Origin: an uncultured Verrucomicrobiae bacterium
GTDB taxonomy: Bacteria > Verrucomicrobiota > Verrucomicrobiia > Limisphaerales > Palsa-1400
Direction of reading: 5' to 3'
DNA: 64,000 nucleotides
Assembly: GCA_963764165.1 (NCBI GenBank)
Contig: CAVXRD010000002.1
Coordinates: 1,824,001-1,888,000, forward strand
Shown here piece by piece: positions 31,026-41,300 of this stretch; the first letter of the stretch is position 1; the number at the start of each line of letters is the position of its first letter. The notes beneath the pieces were generated by a model. That model searched no databases. It saw only the letters and a list, made by a program, of their open reading frames with translations, and was not told the DNA's origin. Both the position numbers and the translations under genes were made by a program.

Positions 31026-31817
31026 AATCTGACTAAATTCGATTCTGACTGGGTTAAATGTGGGAAAGGCAGGCGGTTTTGTTTCCCGCCGCGTTACGAC
31101 CCGGGGAGGACAATCCCCATGAAGAACGGGAATAACCGCCTGCCTTAAAGCTGTGTCCAATTGTCATTTGTGTAACGCGTTTGAATATGAATATGATTGT
31201 CCTTGCAGCGTGATCTTTCCGGGGCCTCCTTTGAGTTTACGCAGGACTTGAAGCGACTGTTGCTGCTATCTATTTGAATCTTAGCAGATTTGTATAGATA
31301 GAGGCAAGGCTTATCTAGCAATTGGGACCATGCGATCACGTGGAAACGCGATTTTGTGGCCGATACTTGGGCGGCAAATCCAAAGAAAGACCAGTTTGTT
31401 TCTTTCCAATGAATATGCCGCCCTATACTATATCGTTGGCCTAGATCGCAAAGGTTAACATTCTTTCCAATTCCAGAGTTTTGGGAGTTTCGCTCTTGCT
31501 TTGCCTGGTGCACAATTTCTTGAGACGGATGCGTGTCTGCACACGCTGCCTGATCTTTTGTCGGTGTTAATAGGCGAAGAATACCTTGGCTTCATTGGAT
31601 TTCAATGAGCGAAAGCAACAGATTAGGTCTTTTTTGCTGGTCGGGCTCATACCACATCAAGTTGGCCTCTTCCAACTCCGTGGCGGCCTTGTTGAATTTG
31701 GCACCTTTTAACTTGGCTCCTTGGTTCGCCAGTTCGTTTAATGTCATATGGAGTGCGTGTTAACGCTGTAATTTGTGTTCTAGCCGGGCGCTGGAATTGT
31801 TGTGTCATGTCCCACAT

Positions 31818-32630
31818 TTAAACCCACATGCCTGAGTTCTCGCCTTTGGCCCAGTTCGCCCTCGTCCAAACACCTGAGGCTTGTTTTTGAAAGCCCAGCT
31901 CCTTGAGATGATCGGCATAATCTTGGGGCATGGATTCGAGGCCGAAGGCCATGAGAGGAGCGCTCGTTTTCCCTTGGACGGGCACGAGCAGGACCGCTTT
32001 GACAACCTCGTTCAGCGTCAGCAATGTGTGGCCTCCGCGTGCAAGCCTATCGCGCAGACGCTTTGCTGATTTGACGTCTGTCAAAGATATGTTCAAGTGT
32101 GTGTACTTGCTGTCCTTATGACGCGTTCGAACACGAACTGTATTGCCCCATCTGCTAAGTTGTTGCTTTGAGTGAAAAAGCACCGGATAAACGATCTTTG
32201 CCGGGCCTGTATCCAGAATGCCCGCTGCGCGGTTGAAAGACGCCATTTCGTATTGCGCCCGACTGAAGAGTGGGATATGCACGTTTGCCTTTTCGATCTG
32301 GGTAAACGGCACATGGGCCATTGTTGCGGTGGCTTCCTGTGAGAACGGCCAGCCTTCCGCATGCTGGATTGTCTCGATGGCAAGAATGTCCCTGCCCAAT
32401 TTCACTGACTTTAGTCTGCTGGATCGAATCGCTTCCATAATGGTGAATTGGGATTCCGCGCTGGACAAATAGATTTTAATCGCCGTCTTGGCGCTGGCCA
32501 TTGTAATAGTGTACTGGGGGCTGGGTTGTAGGACGCTTGGCAACCTACTCTCTGAGAACAGGAGTTCGAACTTGCAGTCAACGGATAAGGCCGCCGCTGA
32601 TTTAGTTTCTGGTGTGACATTGTTTTTCAT
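31818..32630 (-). CDS. Hypothetical protein
   Basis: Long ORF co-oriented with the element's early operon; start at ATG 32630 is uncertain. Confidence 0.55.
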   Translation of the reverse strand: MKNNVTPETKSAAALSVDCKFELLFSESRLPSVLQPSPQYTITMASAKTAIKIYLSSAESQFTIMEAIRSSRLKSVKLGRDILAIETIQHAEGWPFSQEATATMAHVPFTQIEKANVHIPLFSRAQYEMASFNRAAGILDTGPAKIVYPVLFHSKQQLSRWGNTVRVRTRHKDSKYTHLNISLTDVKSAKRLRDRLARGGHTLLTLNEVVKAVLLVPVQGKTSAPLMAFGLESMPQDYADHLKELGFQKQASGVWTRANWAKGENSGMWV

Positions 32631-32661
32631 AGTGATAGTGCATTTCTTTGGCCCACATTGT

Positions 32662-32928
32662 TTATTGTTCTTCAAGGTGATGGGCCTCACCAATCGAAGT
32701 GGTCTTTGTTCGGGAAGTGTGTTTGGGATTGCGCCTGCAAGTGACAAAAGGGCATTTGGCACAGGCGTGGTGTCTGGAGCCGAGCGTTGGTTCTGGTACT
32801 GGCTGAATTGCCATTCCAATTATCGATGGCGCGTTGTTCTGTTGAGCGCAAAATCGGCTCGGTCGGTTGGGAGCATCGAAGCCTTGTTGTTGATCATTTT
32901 GCGGTATCTGTGTTTCTGCGGTTGTCAT
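32662..32928 (-). CDS. Small hypothetical protein
   Basis: 88-aa ORF with ATG after an A-rich leader, in operon orientation. Confidence 0.3.
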   Translation of the reverse strand: MTTAETQIPQNDQQQGFDAPNRPSRFCAQQNNAPSIIGMAIQPVPEPTLGSRHHACAKCPFVTCRRNPKHTSRTKTTSIGEAHHLEEQ

Positions 32929-33042
32929 ACTTTTTAACGTTTTTTCTTGCAGGACTGTTAATCGGAGTTATCCGGTTTGCGTTTGGTGATTGGTTCGGAA
33001 AGGGCCAGGCCCCGCACCAAACGGAGCCTGGCTTGAGCCGCT

Positions 33043-33546
33043 CTAGGCGGCGGTCGGCGCGGAGGCCGGTTGTGGATCTCCTGCTTTCGGCGCAGCGTTG
33101 GCTGCAGGGGCGTCCTGCTGCTGAGGATTGGCTCGTTTGAAGCCAGCACTGACCGTCAGATGTTTGTCTTTATCTGGGCGGAAGCCGTGCAATTTGATGA
33201 TTTTGTTACCATTTTCGTCTGCGAAAGTGGGGTCACAAACAAACGGCTTGCCGTAGAACTCCAGCTCTGGATCGAACTGTGAAATGTCTGGAATGGCATT
33301 GTTGCCACGCCAGCTTTTCAGGTCGTCGATCAAGTGTTTTACACCTCGATTATCATCGAGGTTGTAGGTGGCATAGGCGATGAACCGCTGACCATCAGAT
33401 TTGGTGGCTTGCAATTCTCCGACTAGGGTTAGGGTCCTGAACGACTTCCCTCGCTTATTGGATTTCGAGCCTTGGATGACGTCCGCGAAAACGCCGGGCT
33501 GAAGTCCAGTCGCGGGTAATTCACGTGCTGTTAAGTCGATTTTCAT
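33043..33546 (-). CDS. Putative phage-type single-stranded DNA-binding (OB-fold-like) protein
   Basis: Strong SD GGAGGTGA before ATG 33546; beta-strand pattern, DLKSWRG...FDPE..YGKP, disordered C-tail. Confidence 0.55.
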   Translation of the reverse strand: MKIDLTARELPATGLQPGVFADVIQGSKSNKRGKSFRTLTLVGELQATKSDGQRFIAYATYNLDDNRGVKHLIDDLKSWRGNNAIPDISQFDPELEFYGKPFVCDPTFADENGNKIIKLHGFRPDKDKHLTVSAGFKRANPQQQDAPAANAAPKAGDPQPASAPTAA

Positions 33547-33784
33547 TTTATGTTTCACCTCCCTTCGAATCAGTTGGTGGTGCAAATTGTTGTGCCATGT
33601 TGGAAGCACCGTGCCAGCGTGGATGACCGAGGATGGAGGAAACGGCTGGGGTGCGGTCAGAACCCGAGCCAAAGTTGTCAGTAACGACAGGAAGGCGGCT
33701 GCCCGTGCGACGGGGGGGCGGAAATGAAATTTAAAAGAATCGTTCATGGTTTCCCGTGTCGTAAATAGTGGTGATTGCCGCAAA

Positions 33785-34057
33785 CTACTCGTCGACAAGC
33801 CCGGCCTCACGAGTCTCGGCCATTGTCATCTGCTCCGCAACAGACTGCCAAATCTGGTGCAAAATCTGCGGATTTGCCTTCAGATGGCCGCCCGTGTCTG
33901 CTTCCAGGACTGCGGTAAAGGCCGCGTTGCGTTCAACGCCTTGCCACATAGCGCGAGCCAGGGCGATGCTTGCGCGTTTTTCGGCTTCTTTCGAGCTGTA
34001 GCCATGACTTCTCTGACTCGGGCTTAAGTTTGCAACATTGTTATTATTTATTCTCAT
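33785..34057 (-). CDS. Small hypothetical protein
   Basis: 90-aa ORF directly downstream of the excisionase. Confidence 0.5.
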   Translation of the reverse strand: MRINNNNVANLSPSQRSHGYSSKEAEKRASIALARAMWQGVERNAAFTAVLEADTGGHLKANPQILHQIWQSVAEQMTMAETREAGLVDE

Positions 34058-34122
34058 AATACATAAAAAGGTGGAGTTCTCGGTTTGAACGTGATCTGGA
34101 ATTAGTTAAGCCGTCCGCTGCA

Positions 34123-34320
34123 TCACCCAAGGTCGTCCGCAAGAAACCGCTCAAGGTCCGATCTTGGAATGCGTTTGTGTCGAAGGGAAGCGAGAGACCT
34201 CAGCTTTCCGCGTTGGAGCAGGCGCCTTACAGATTTCTCTGACAGATTGAGAACGCTGGCGGCCTCCCTGACCGTGTATACCACTTTCACCCGTTCGATT
34301 TCTGTTGTCTTGAGACTCAT
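34123..34320 (-). CDS. Excisionase-like HTH DNA-binding protein
   Basis: VYTVREAASVLNLSEKSVRRLLQRGKL...RIPRSDLERFL. Confidence 0.88.
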   Translation of the reverse strand: MSLKTTEIERVKVVYTVREAASVLNLSEKSVRRLLQRGKLRSLASLRHKRIPRSDLERFLADDLG

Positions 34321-34527
34321 ATTTTGATCCTTCCATTAATTATCGTGTCGCAAGGCAATTTCTTATGACCGACGAATTGTTTTTCAGGTTTTCTCATCCA
34401 ATCGTCATTTCCATTGCTTCCCGATTTGGCGTCTTATCGCGGAACCTGCAATTTTCTTATCGCGACACGCAACTTTTAGTTTTTTTCTAACTTGCGACAA
34501 ATGGACGTGGTTTGGTAATGATGGGAC

Positions 34528-35139
34528 ATGGACTCGTTGGTCGCTTTGCATTTTGCAGACCTGAAGCAGAAGAAGGATTCAGCGTGGAAGGTCTGTTTTC
34601 TGACGCTGCTGACGATGGCCAGGCATGAGGTAAACCGTCGCGCCAATTGGCTTTCTGAACCAGTTAAGACAGAAATCGAAAACGATGCTGTTGTGGTTTT
34701 GTATCAAAAAATTGACAAATTCGAATCACCAAGCGAAATAGGGGCATTTTTGAGGCAAACGGCTAAGAACAAGAGCATCGATGAAATTCGACGATTCAAT
34801 AGATTTGACAGTCTTGACGAGAATGCAGGGGCCAGCGCGAAATACCCGTCTGACGCCACAATTGACAGAAATGATCCAGCTGCGCTGGCCACGTTAAGTG
34901 AAACATGTAGCCAAACGAACGAAGATCTTAATTTGTTGGCCGAGGCGTTACGCGAAATCGGATTTCCTTGTCGCGAATATCTTACCGAAAGGTACATCGA
35001 TGGCGCCAAGGAGCGTGAAATCGCGGAAAAGCATGGATTGGGCGCATCGTCGATGCACAACAGAATCCAAACCTGCGTGAGAAAAATGAAGTCCGTGTTC
35101 GAGAGAAAAAAGACTGCCAATGAGGAAGGTATGTTATGA
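34528..35139 (+). CDS. ECF-type sigma-70 factor
   Basis: Region 2 (AFLRQTAKNKSIDEIRR) and region 4 (ERYIDGAKEREIAEKHGLGASSMHNRI). Confidence 0.8.
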   Translation: MDSLVALHFADLKQKKDSAWKVCFLTLLTMARHEVNRRANWLSEPVKTEIENDAVVVLYQKIDKFESPSEIGAFLRQTAKNKSIDEIRRFNRFDSLDENAGASAKYPSDATIDRNDPAALATLSETCSQTNEDLNLLAEALREIGFPCREYLTERYIDGAKEREIAEKHGLGASSMHNRIQTCVRKMKSVFERKKTANEEGML

Positions 35140-35600
35140 AAGAAAAGATGTCATTGGAAGATTTCGAGAAGAAATTAGCCGCTGCTGGGCCGCATCTCAG
35201 CGAAATCATGGGCAGTAATCCTGACATGTCGCCGCAGCGCATCGAAAAACTCACCCAGATGCTGGAGGCGCATACACCCTTCCTCAAGGAGTTGAGTTCG
35301 AATCGAATGGAGGCGCTATTGCTTAAAATTCTGGGAGAAAGGCCGATGGCCGGTTTTGACGTCGCCCTACGCCTTGAAAAAGCAAACATACGCTTAAAAG
35401 AAGGTGGCGAAGGAATTCTTTACGGATTGCTTGCCAGCTTGGAAGCATCCGGTCTCGTTAGTGCAGAGTGGAGGGAGTCTGGAGACAGGATGATTAAGAT
35501 CTACCGTTTGATAGAGAAGGGGGACGGTTCATTGCATTCGGCTACTGTCGGCGACTCCGAGCTCAATCTGTTGTCCGCGAGAGTTTTATCGTTTTCCTAA
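35136..35600 (+). CDS. PadR-family regulator with N-terminal extension
   Basis: LLLKILGERPMAGFDV...EGILYGLLASLEASGLVSAEW...KIYRL; ATGA overlap with the sigma gene. Confidence 0.85.
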   Translation: MKEKMSLEDFEKKLAAAGPHLSEIMGSNPDMSPQRIEKLTQMLEAHTPFLKELSSNRMEALLLKILGERPMAGFDVALRLEKANIRLKEGGEGILYGLLASLEASGLVSAEWRESGDRMIKIYRLIEKGDGSLHSATVGDSELNLLSARVLSFS

Positions 35601-35604
35601 TTGT

Positions 35605-36945
35605 ATGGGCAGTGATTTGAGAGTTCCACCAGCTGTAACTATTGAATTCCAGGAAATCGCAAATCGCATATGCGATCTCGCGAGGAGCGATTATGATGAT
35701 TGGGTTTACCAGGCTGACGAATTAGTAACCCACTTGCAGCAGCGGTGGCGGGATTGGATTGACCGAGGATTGAGCACCGAGGAGGCAAGAGTGAAAACCT
35801 TGGCACTTTTTGGGGAGCCTTTTCTTATTGCGAAATCTCTTCGAAAACCGTGGTATTTGAGGATTTTTACATTTGATCGCTACAGACCTCATCGCTACCT
35901 GCTTTTCTTAGCAGCATATTCCGTCTGCTCCTGGTTTACGATGTTCTGGAGCGCTATAATGGATATCGGCAACGCCTCCGAGAGTAAAATGCCCGACTTG
36001 TTCTTGAGGCAATCTATTTTTGGGGACACGTTTAGAGCCCTCATTCCTGGCCCCCTTGATTTCTGGACGTTTTGGACACGGGGCTTCGGGCTGAATTTCG
36101 TCGCTATTGCCGCGGTGGCCTCCATCGTTGTGATGCGGTGGCAGCCAGGATTCACAGTTAAATGGGTGAATCGTGTTCTCGGTCTCCGGCATCTGCTGTT
36201 ACCGTTGCCGATTGTGGCCCTAGCTTTGATGATGATTATGCCTGCGTATCTTGTCTTTGAAACTATTTTATTTAACAAAGGGAGTCTTGGGATAGCAAAG
36301 GACTGGCAGGCGTTGTTACTGATCGCGTTATTGCCATTGTTTGGGTGTCTTGGTTGTATCGGCCTTGTTTCGGATTTATGCGGGCTTGGAGGCTCAACTT
36401 GCAACCGACCACATGGTCGTTTCGGCCAACGCAGAGTTATCGTGGGCCTCGAGGTCGTCTCATTAACTGGCGCCGCGCTCGCAATTGTGGCTGGTGCGAT
36501 TTGGCTTTATGTGAACTTCCCAATGGGCAGATTCGCTAAGCAAATTGCAGGGGCGGACAAGGTTTGGGTTATCTGCCGAGACAGGCGTTATGAATTACCT
36601 TGGGAGGCACACCGAACGAATATCGTCATTACTGGGTCGGACGTTAGTAAGGTTGTCGCAGCCGTGACCGGCGCCAATCGCGACATGATGTCATATAAGA
36701 ATCCGTACGCTTTTTTATATCAACTTGATTTTGTGAGAAATGATGCGCTTTGTGGCAGCATAGTGGCAAACGGACGATGGTTCTTAATTGATGGCAAACA
36801 GTATTGCAGAACCGAAGGCAACGTCTTTGATTCGTTAGTGTTCGCGCCAGCCGAATCGAGTGCCCGCGAACAATTTGATAGATATAAATTTACCGACGAG
36901 CAGTTGCGTCACCCAGATCATGTTCCATTTGACGGTTGCCGATGA
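35605..36945 (+). CDS. Multi-pass membrane protein with permease-prefix/HAAS-like N-terminal domain
   Basis: DELVTHL...GLSTEEARVKTLALFGEP..IAKSL, about 5 hydrophobic segments, soluble C-terminal domain. Confidence 0.75.
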   Translation: MGSDLRVPPAVTIEFQEIANRICDLARSDYDDWVYQADELVTHLQQRWRDWIDRGLSTEEARVKTLALFGEPFLIAKSLRKPWYLRIFTFDRYRPHRYLLFLAAYSVCSWFTMFWSAIMDIGNASESKMPDLFLRQSIFGDTFRALIPGPLDFWTFWTRGFGLNFVAIAAVASIVVMRWQPGFTVKWVNRVLGLRHLLLPLPIVALALMMIMPAYLVFETILFNKGSLGIAKDWQALLLIALLPLFGCLGCIGLVSDLCGLGGSTCNRPHGRFGQRRVIVGLEVVSLTGAALAIVAGAIWLYVNFPMGRFAKQIAGADKVWVICRDRRYELPWEAHRTNIVITGSDVSKVVAAVTGANRDMMSYKNPYAFLYQLDFVRNDALCGSIVANGRWFLIDGKQYCRTEGNVFDSLVFAPAESSAREQFDRYKFTDEQLRHPDHVPFDGCR

Positions 36946-37011
36946 GGTGAAAAGCTTCGTGATGACGCCGTATCAATTGGTATTCGGCGGGCAAGCTTGA
37001 GAATAAGCGCT

Positions 37012-38109
37012 TCAAAACTTCACCTTTTGCGCCATTTCGACGGAATGTTGATCTCGCAGATGGCCATAGACCTTCATTGCAAGACCGCCACCGTCTTTGT
37101 GTCCGAGCCATCGGCTTACCGTTGGTATGTCTACGCCCGATTCGATACAGGTGGTGGCAAATAAGTGGCGTAAATCGTGGTGGGTGATTTGAGCAAGGCT
37201 GAGCCTCTTGCAGGCGTTTTTTAACGAAGCACCGCATGTCGAAACCTGCATGATCTTCCCGTTGGTAGGCTCATTCGGGCGTTCTGTTTGAAGCCGCGCC
37301 AGCAGCTTACGCATTCCAGGAATCATCGGAACAGTTCGGACGGTCCAATTCTTTGTGCCGGTTTTTTCATCGCCGCGAACCAAGATTTCCCCTCGCTCAA
37401 AGTTACAATCAGACCAGCAAATATTTCGGGCTTCGCTCTTGCGAAAGCCGCCATAGGCCAAGAATTCGATTAAATCTGCTGCATCATGGCTGAAGCGCTT
37501 GTTGATGACTCGAACACTTTCAATCACCGAATGGAATTGCGCACGGCTCGGCAAATGGAGTGGTTTCTGCCGAACTTTCATCATTCGGATGAAGCGCGCC
37601 GGGTTGTCATAACGGATGCCGGCCTCAATGGGGATATCGAGAACCAAACGGAGCGTTTGGGCTGTTTTGTTGAAGTTAATTGCACTGGTCGAGTATCCAG
37701 CCGCCCATTGCAAGCAGTCCTGCTTCGAGATTTTGCGCACGTCGGTCTTCTCCAATGCGGGCCACGTCTTAAGGATCATTGAAATTCGCTCTTCTCGATG
37801 TTCTTTCGTTCGCGGCTTGAGGGAGGCATCTCCGTGAAGTCTTTGCCGATAAAGCCGAAGGGCATCGCCAAAGGTCATTTTTCCGTCCGAGAGGGAGGAT
37901 GCATGTTCAGCCATCTGCCTTTCCTGCTTTTCCAAATCCGCTAGGCGCAACTTTCCCACGGACAGTCCATTGGTTTTGAGCGACCGGCGAATGAGCTTGC
38001 CTTTGACCCTGACCCGTGCGAATAAAATTCCTGATGGAACGTAACGAACTAAATTTGGCACTGGTGTCTTCTGCCAGAGGGACTCGGATTGCGTTTGGTT
38101 CTCTTTCAC
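37012..38109 (-). CDS. Tyrosine recombinase/integrase
   Basis: Catalytic set intact: GFRKSE, TKN, HDLRH, LGH, KVY. Confidence 0.96.
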   Translation of the reverse strand: MKENQTQSESLWQKTPVPNLVRYVPSGILFARVRVKGKLIRRSLKTNGLSVGKLRLADLEKQERQMAEHASSLSDGKMTFGDALRLYRQRLHGDASLKPRTKEHREERISMILKTWPALEKTDVRKISKQDCLQWAAGYSTSAINFNKTAQTLRLVLDIPIEAGIRYDNPARFIRMMKVRQKPLHLPSRAQFHSVIESVRVINKRFSHDAADLIEFLAYGGFRKSEARNICWSDCNFERGEILVRGDEKTGTKNWTVRTVPMIPGMRKLLARLQTERPNEPTNGKIMQVSTCGASLKNACKRLSLAQITHHDLRHLFATTCIESGVDIPTVSRWLGHKDGGGLAMKVYGHLRDQHSVEMAQKVKF

Positions 38110-38139
38110 GCAAACAGTATCATATGGCGGTATCAGATT
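38110..38139 (+). promoter_or_regulatory. Putative integrase arm-type sites abutting the int start codon
   Basis: GCAAACAGTATCATATGGCGGTATCAGATT, matches 17567-17596. Confidence 0.7.
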
Positions 38140-38191
38140 GTCAAAACTTAGTGGAGTCGTTCATCTGCAAGCATCGTTAATTCAACAGGTT

Positions 38192-38280
38192 GGAGAGATG
38201 GCAGAGTGGTTTAACGCGCACGCCTGGAAAGCGTGAGTGCTCTAAAGGCACCGGGGGTTCGAATCCCCCTCTCTCCGCCA
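38192..38280 (+). tRNA. tRNA-Ser (anticodon GGA)
   Basis: GGAGAGATGG...CACGC-CTGGAAA-GCGTG, long variable arm, GGTTCGAATCC, ends CTCTCCGCCA. Confidence 0.97.
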
Positions 38281-38387
38281 CTTTCTTGCAACTTTCCCTG
38301 TGATTGCGTGAGCAGCGTCAATTCTGGCAGCGCGGCGGCAGGTGTTCGGAAATCGCTGCTTATATTTTGCCACTTGAAGGGCCGGTG

Positions 38388-41300
38388 TCATTGCGCGCCA
38401 GTTTTTACGCGGTAAAAACTCTCACTGTTGGCCCCCGCGTTGGGATCAACAACCGTCAGTGGGCCGCCCGATCCTTGAATCTCGAGGACGAAATTCCAAT
38501 TCATTAAGTTGGTGGAGCTTTCAACAACATAGTTCGTTCCGGCGCCGCTATTGATGGTAAATTGGAAGAGGCCGCCCTTCTCCCACTTCGCTCCGGTTAT
38601 AAGCAGCCCCGGATTGACAATGACAATGAAGCTGTTGGTTGCGCTTAACACTGGGTTTATCGGGTCGAAGGGATCGGTGGCGGTGACGACGGTTGTAACC
38701 ATATTTGTCGTCGAGCTTTGGGCGGTGCTCGGCGTCCATGTGATGATTCCGTTTGTGCTGATGCTTAAGCCAACTGGGGGATTCGTCAGCGTGTAGGCCA
38801 GAGCAGCATGGAAGTTTGGCTCCGCAGCGGTGTTGCTGACGATCAGGCGGGAGAGTTCTGTGACGTATTGATTGGATACGAGAGGCAAGACGGGCGCCAC
38901 ATTCACTTCCTTTACAACGACCACGAAGCTATTGGTCGCGCTCTCGGGCGCGGCGCCGGAGATCGCCGAATCCGTGGCGGTGACAACGGTGGTGATGGTG
39001 TTCGTGCCAGGGCTTTGGGTTTGGGCGGGTGTCCACGAGATGATTCCGTTGCTGCTGATGGACATCCCAGCGGGCGGCTGAATCAATGTGTAGACGAGCA
39101 CTGCGGCCGGATCGGATTCCGAAGCGGTGTTGGTCACGAAAAGCGGTGTCAGTTCGTTTACGACCTGATTCGAGATCAGCGGCAGGATCGGCGCAGGCAG
39201 CCCCGCGTTCAGGTTCAATATTTGTATCGCGCTTGCGGAGGCCAAACCACCGGCGTCCGCCGCCGAAATGGAATTGGTAAGCTTCACAAGATTGGTCAGA
39301 ACTCCAGAAGCCACTTCAACGGTCATTGTAAAAGCGCTGTTTGTGGCCATGTTGCCCACCGACCAGGTAAAAGAATTGTCTCCAATATCAGCGGAACCGC
39401 GGCCGTAGGTGACAGATTCCAATTCCAGCCCGGGCGGCAGCGCGTCAACGAGCGAGACCCCGATTAGATTCGTGATTCCAGTGTTCGTCACCGTTACTGA
39501 ATAGCTAAAGTTCTGGTCAGGACCCAGATATGCGACAGCCGGGCTTACGATGATTCGCAAATAGGAAGACGCATTCGTGACCACCTCCGGCGTCGCCGAA
39601 ACGACCTGGCTCAAATCCGAAGCGCCGCCGGAAATGTTCACCGCCGTCACAGCGAAGTAATAGGTTTGGCCATTCAACAAATTCGAGATGTTCGCCTGGT
39701 TTTGAACGGTGGTGAGAGCAGGTGTGATTCCGGCGATCGAAGTAAAATTAGTCAGGGAGATGTAGACATCGTACTGTTTAAGAATTTGGCTGGGGAGTGA
39801 GGCGTTCCAGGACAATCCCACAAATTGATTCAGCGCCTCCGCTGTCAAATTAGCGGGAGGAGCCAGCAGAGTGGCCGCCACCAGCGAAACGCCGCTGCTT
39901 TCCTGGCCGAAAATGTCGACGGTCGTAATCCGCACGGAATATGGCTCCGCCGGCTGCAGACCGGTCGCAGCATAGGTGACAGCGGTTGGCGAAAGCGTCA
40001 AAGGCGTGGTGGAATTTCCAATATAAAGACGATATTCCGCCAGAAAAGTCCCCGCTCCGCTGGGCGGCGTCCAATCAAACTCTATCGAAGAACTGCCGCT
40101 GACGGCTTGGAGATTGCCAACTTCACCCAGGACGCCGATGGAGGCCTGCGCGGATACGGACGTAACAACCGTGCTGAACCTGCCTAATGCGTCAACCGGC
40201 ACGACTGCCACATAATAAACTCCCAGCGGGACTAATCCTCTCAAAACCCAACTAGTCGTTTCCGCCGGCGCGTAGGCAAAGGGGGCAAGATTGGTCACTT
40301 GCGTAAAATAGGTCGGAGAAACATAAATCAGGTAATTGGTGATGTCCCCTTGTGCAAGAAAGTTGTAGCCGGACCAATCGAGATTAATGGCGCCATACGC
40401 CGAGGTGGAGGTGCTCGCGATCAACGCGCCTTGCTGGCTTGCGATGGGGCCGGGCGCGTTAGTCGATGCTACGACCACCGTAAGTTCGCGCGAAACCAAA
40501 TCACGGTAACCGTCTGGCGCGTCGCCACCCACGAAAACCGCGGTCTCCCGCGAAACCACTTCGCGCGCAACGATATAGCTGGCTGCAAAATTGACACCCG
40601 AATATGCCAGTCCCGACGAGGCCACTGGCACAACCGCGAAGAAATGATCCAAGCCCGTTGGCAAATTGGTCAAAGTAAATGTCAGTGTTTCGCCCGGCAC
40701 AATGCCAACAGGAGTCATCCCTATGACATTCGCAAAGGCGTGGTCGCTGTAGTAAATATCATAGGAGGCCACATCCTGCTGCGCCCATTGATTGTAGTTT
40801 GCCCAGGAAAGGATGGCGGTGCTGCCGTCGGGAGACGACGTCACCTGCAAACCGGTAACAGGCGCGGGCGGAACGCCGGTGGAAACAACGATTGTAGCTT
40901 CCCTTGATACAATATCGTGGTAGGGGGAAGGAGGTTCGCCGCCGATAAACAGCGCCGTCTCGCGAGAGACCAATTCGCGCGCCACCGGATATGCTCCCGC
41001 AAAGTTTACCGCAGCGACAAAGTTGGTTGTCACATCCACCGGCACAACGGCAAAGTAAAGATTCTCGCCCGTTGGCAAGTTGCTAAGTGTACAGGTAAGT
41101 GTCTCGCCGGGCACCTGGATAACCGGCGTCATGCCTGTTACGTTGGTAAACGGCGTGGTGCTGACGAATATCCAGTAGCTTCCGACGTCTGATTGCGCCC
41201 ATTGATTGTAGCTCCGCCACGAAAGAGTCGCTGTGCCACCGGCCGGCGGCGAAGTGACAAGCAGCCCTTGGACAGGCGCGGGCGGGTTGGTTAGGGCGAC

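Larger units (their letters stand above)
17403..38230. mobile_element. Integrative element (~20.8 kb) inserted in tRNA-Ser(GGA)
   Basis: 43-bp direct repeat at both ends, tyrosine integrase next to the right end, Xis, helicase, lower GC than the flanks. Confidence 0.92.

Noticed and set aside
31145..31747. 51-codon ORF in frame with a 122-aa ORF across one TGA (readthrough or selenocysteine?)
   Set aside because: No recognisable domain, redox motif or SECIS-like hairpin. It could be a small gene, a pseudogene or chance.
33547..33790. Possible structured regulatory RNA in the leader of the SSB-like gene
   Set aside because: Only weak hairpins by eye and no recognisable family; needs an Infernal/covariation analysis.
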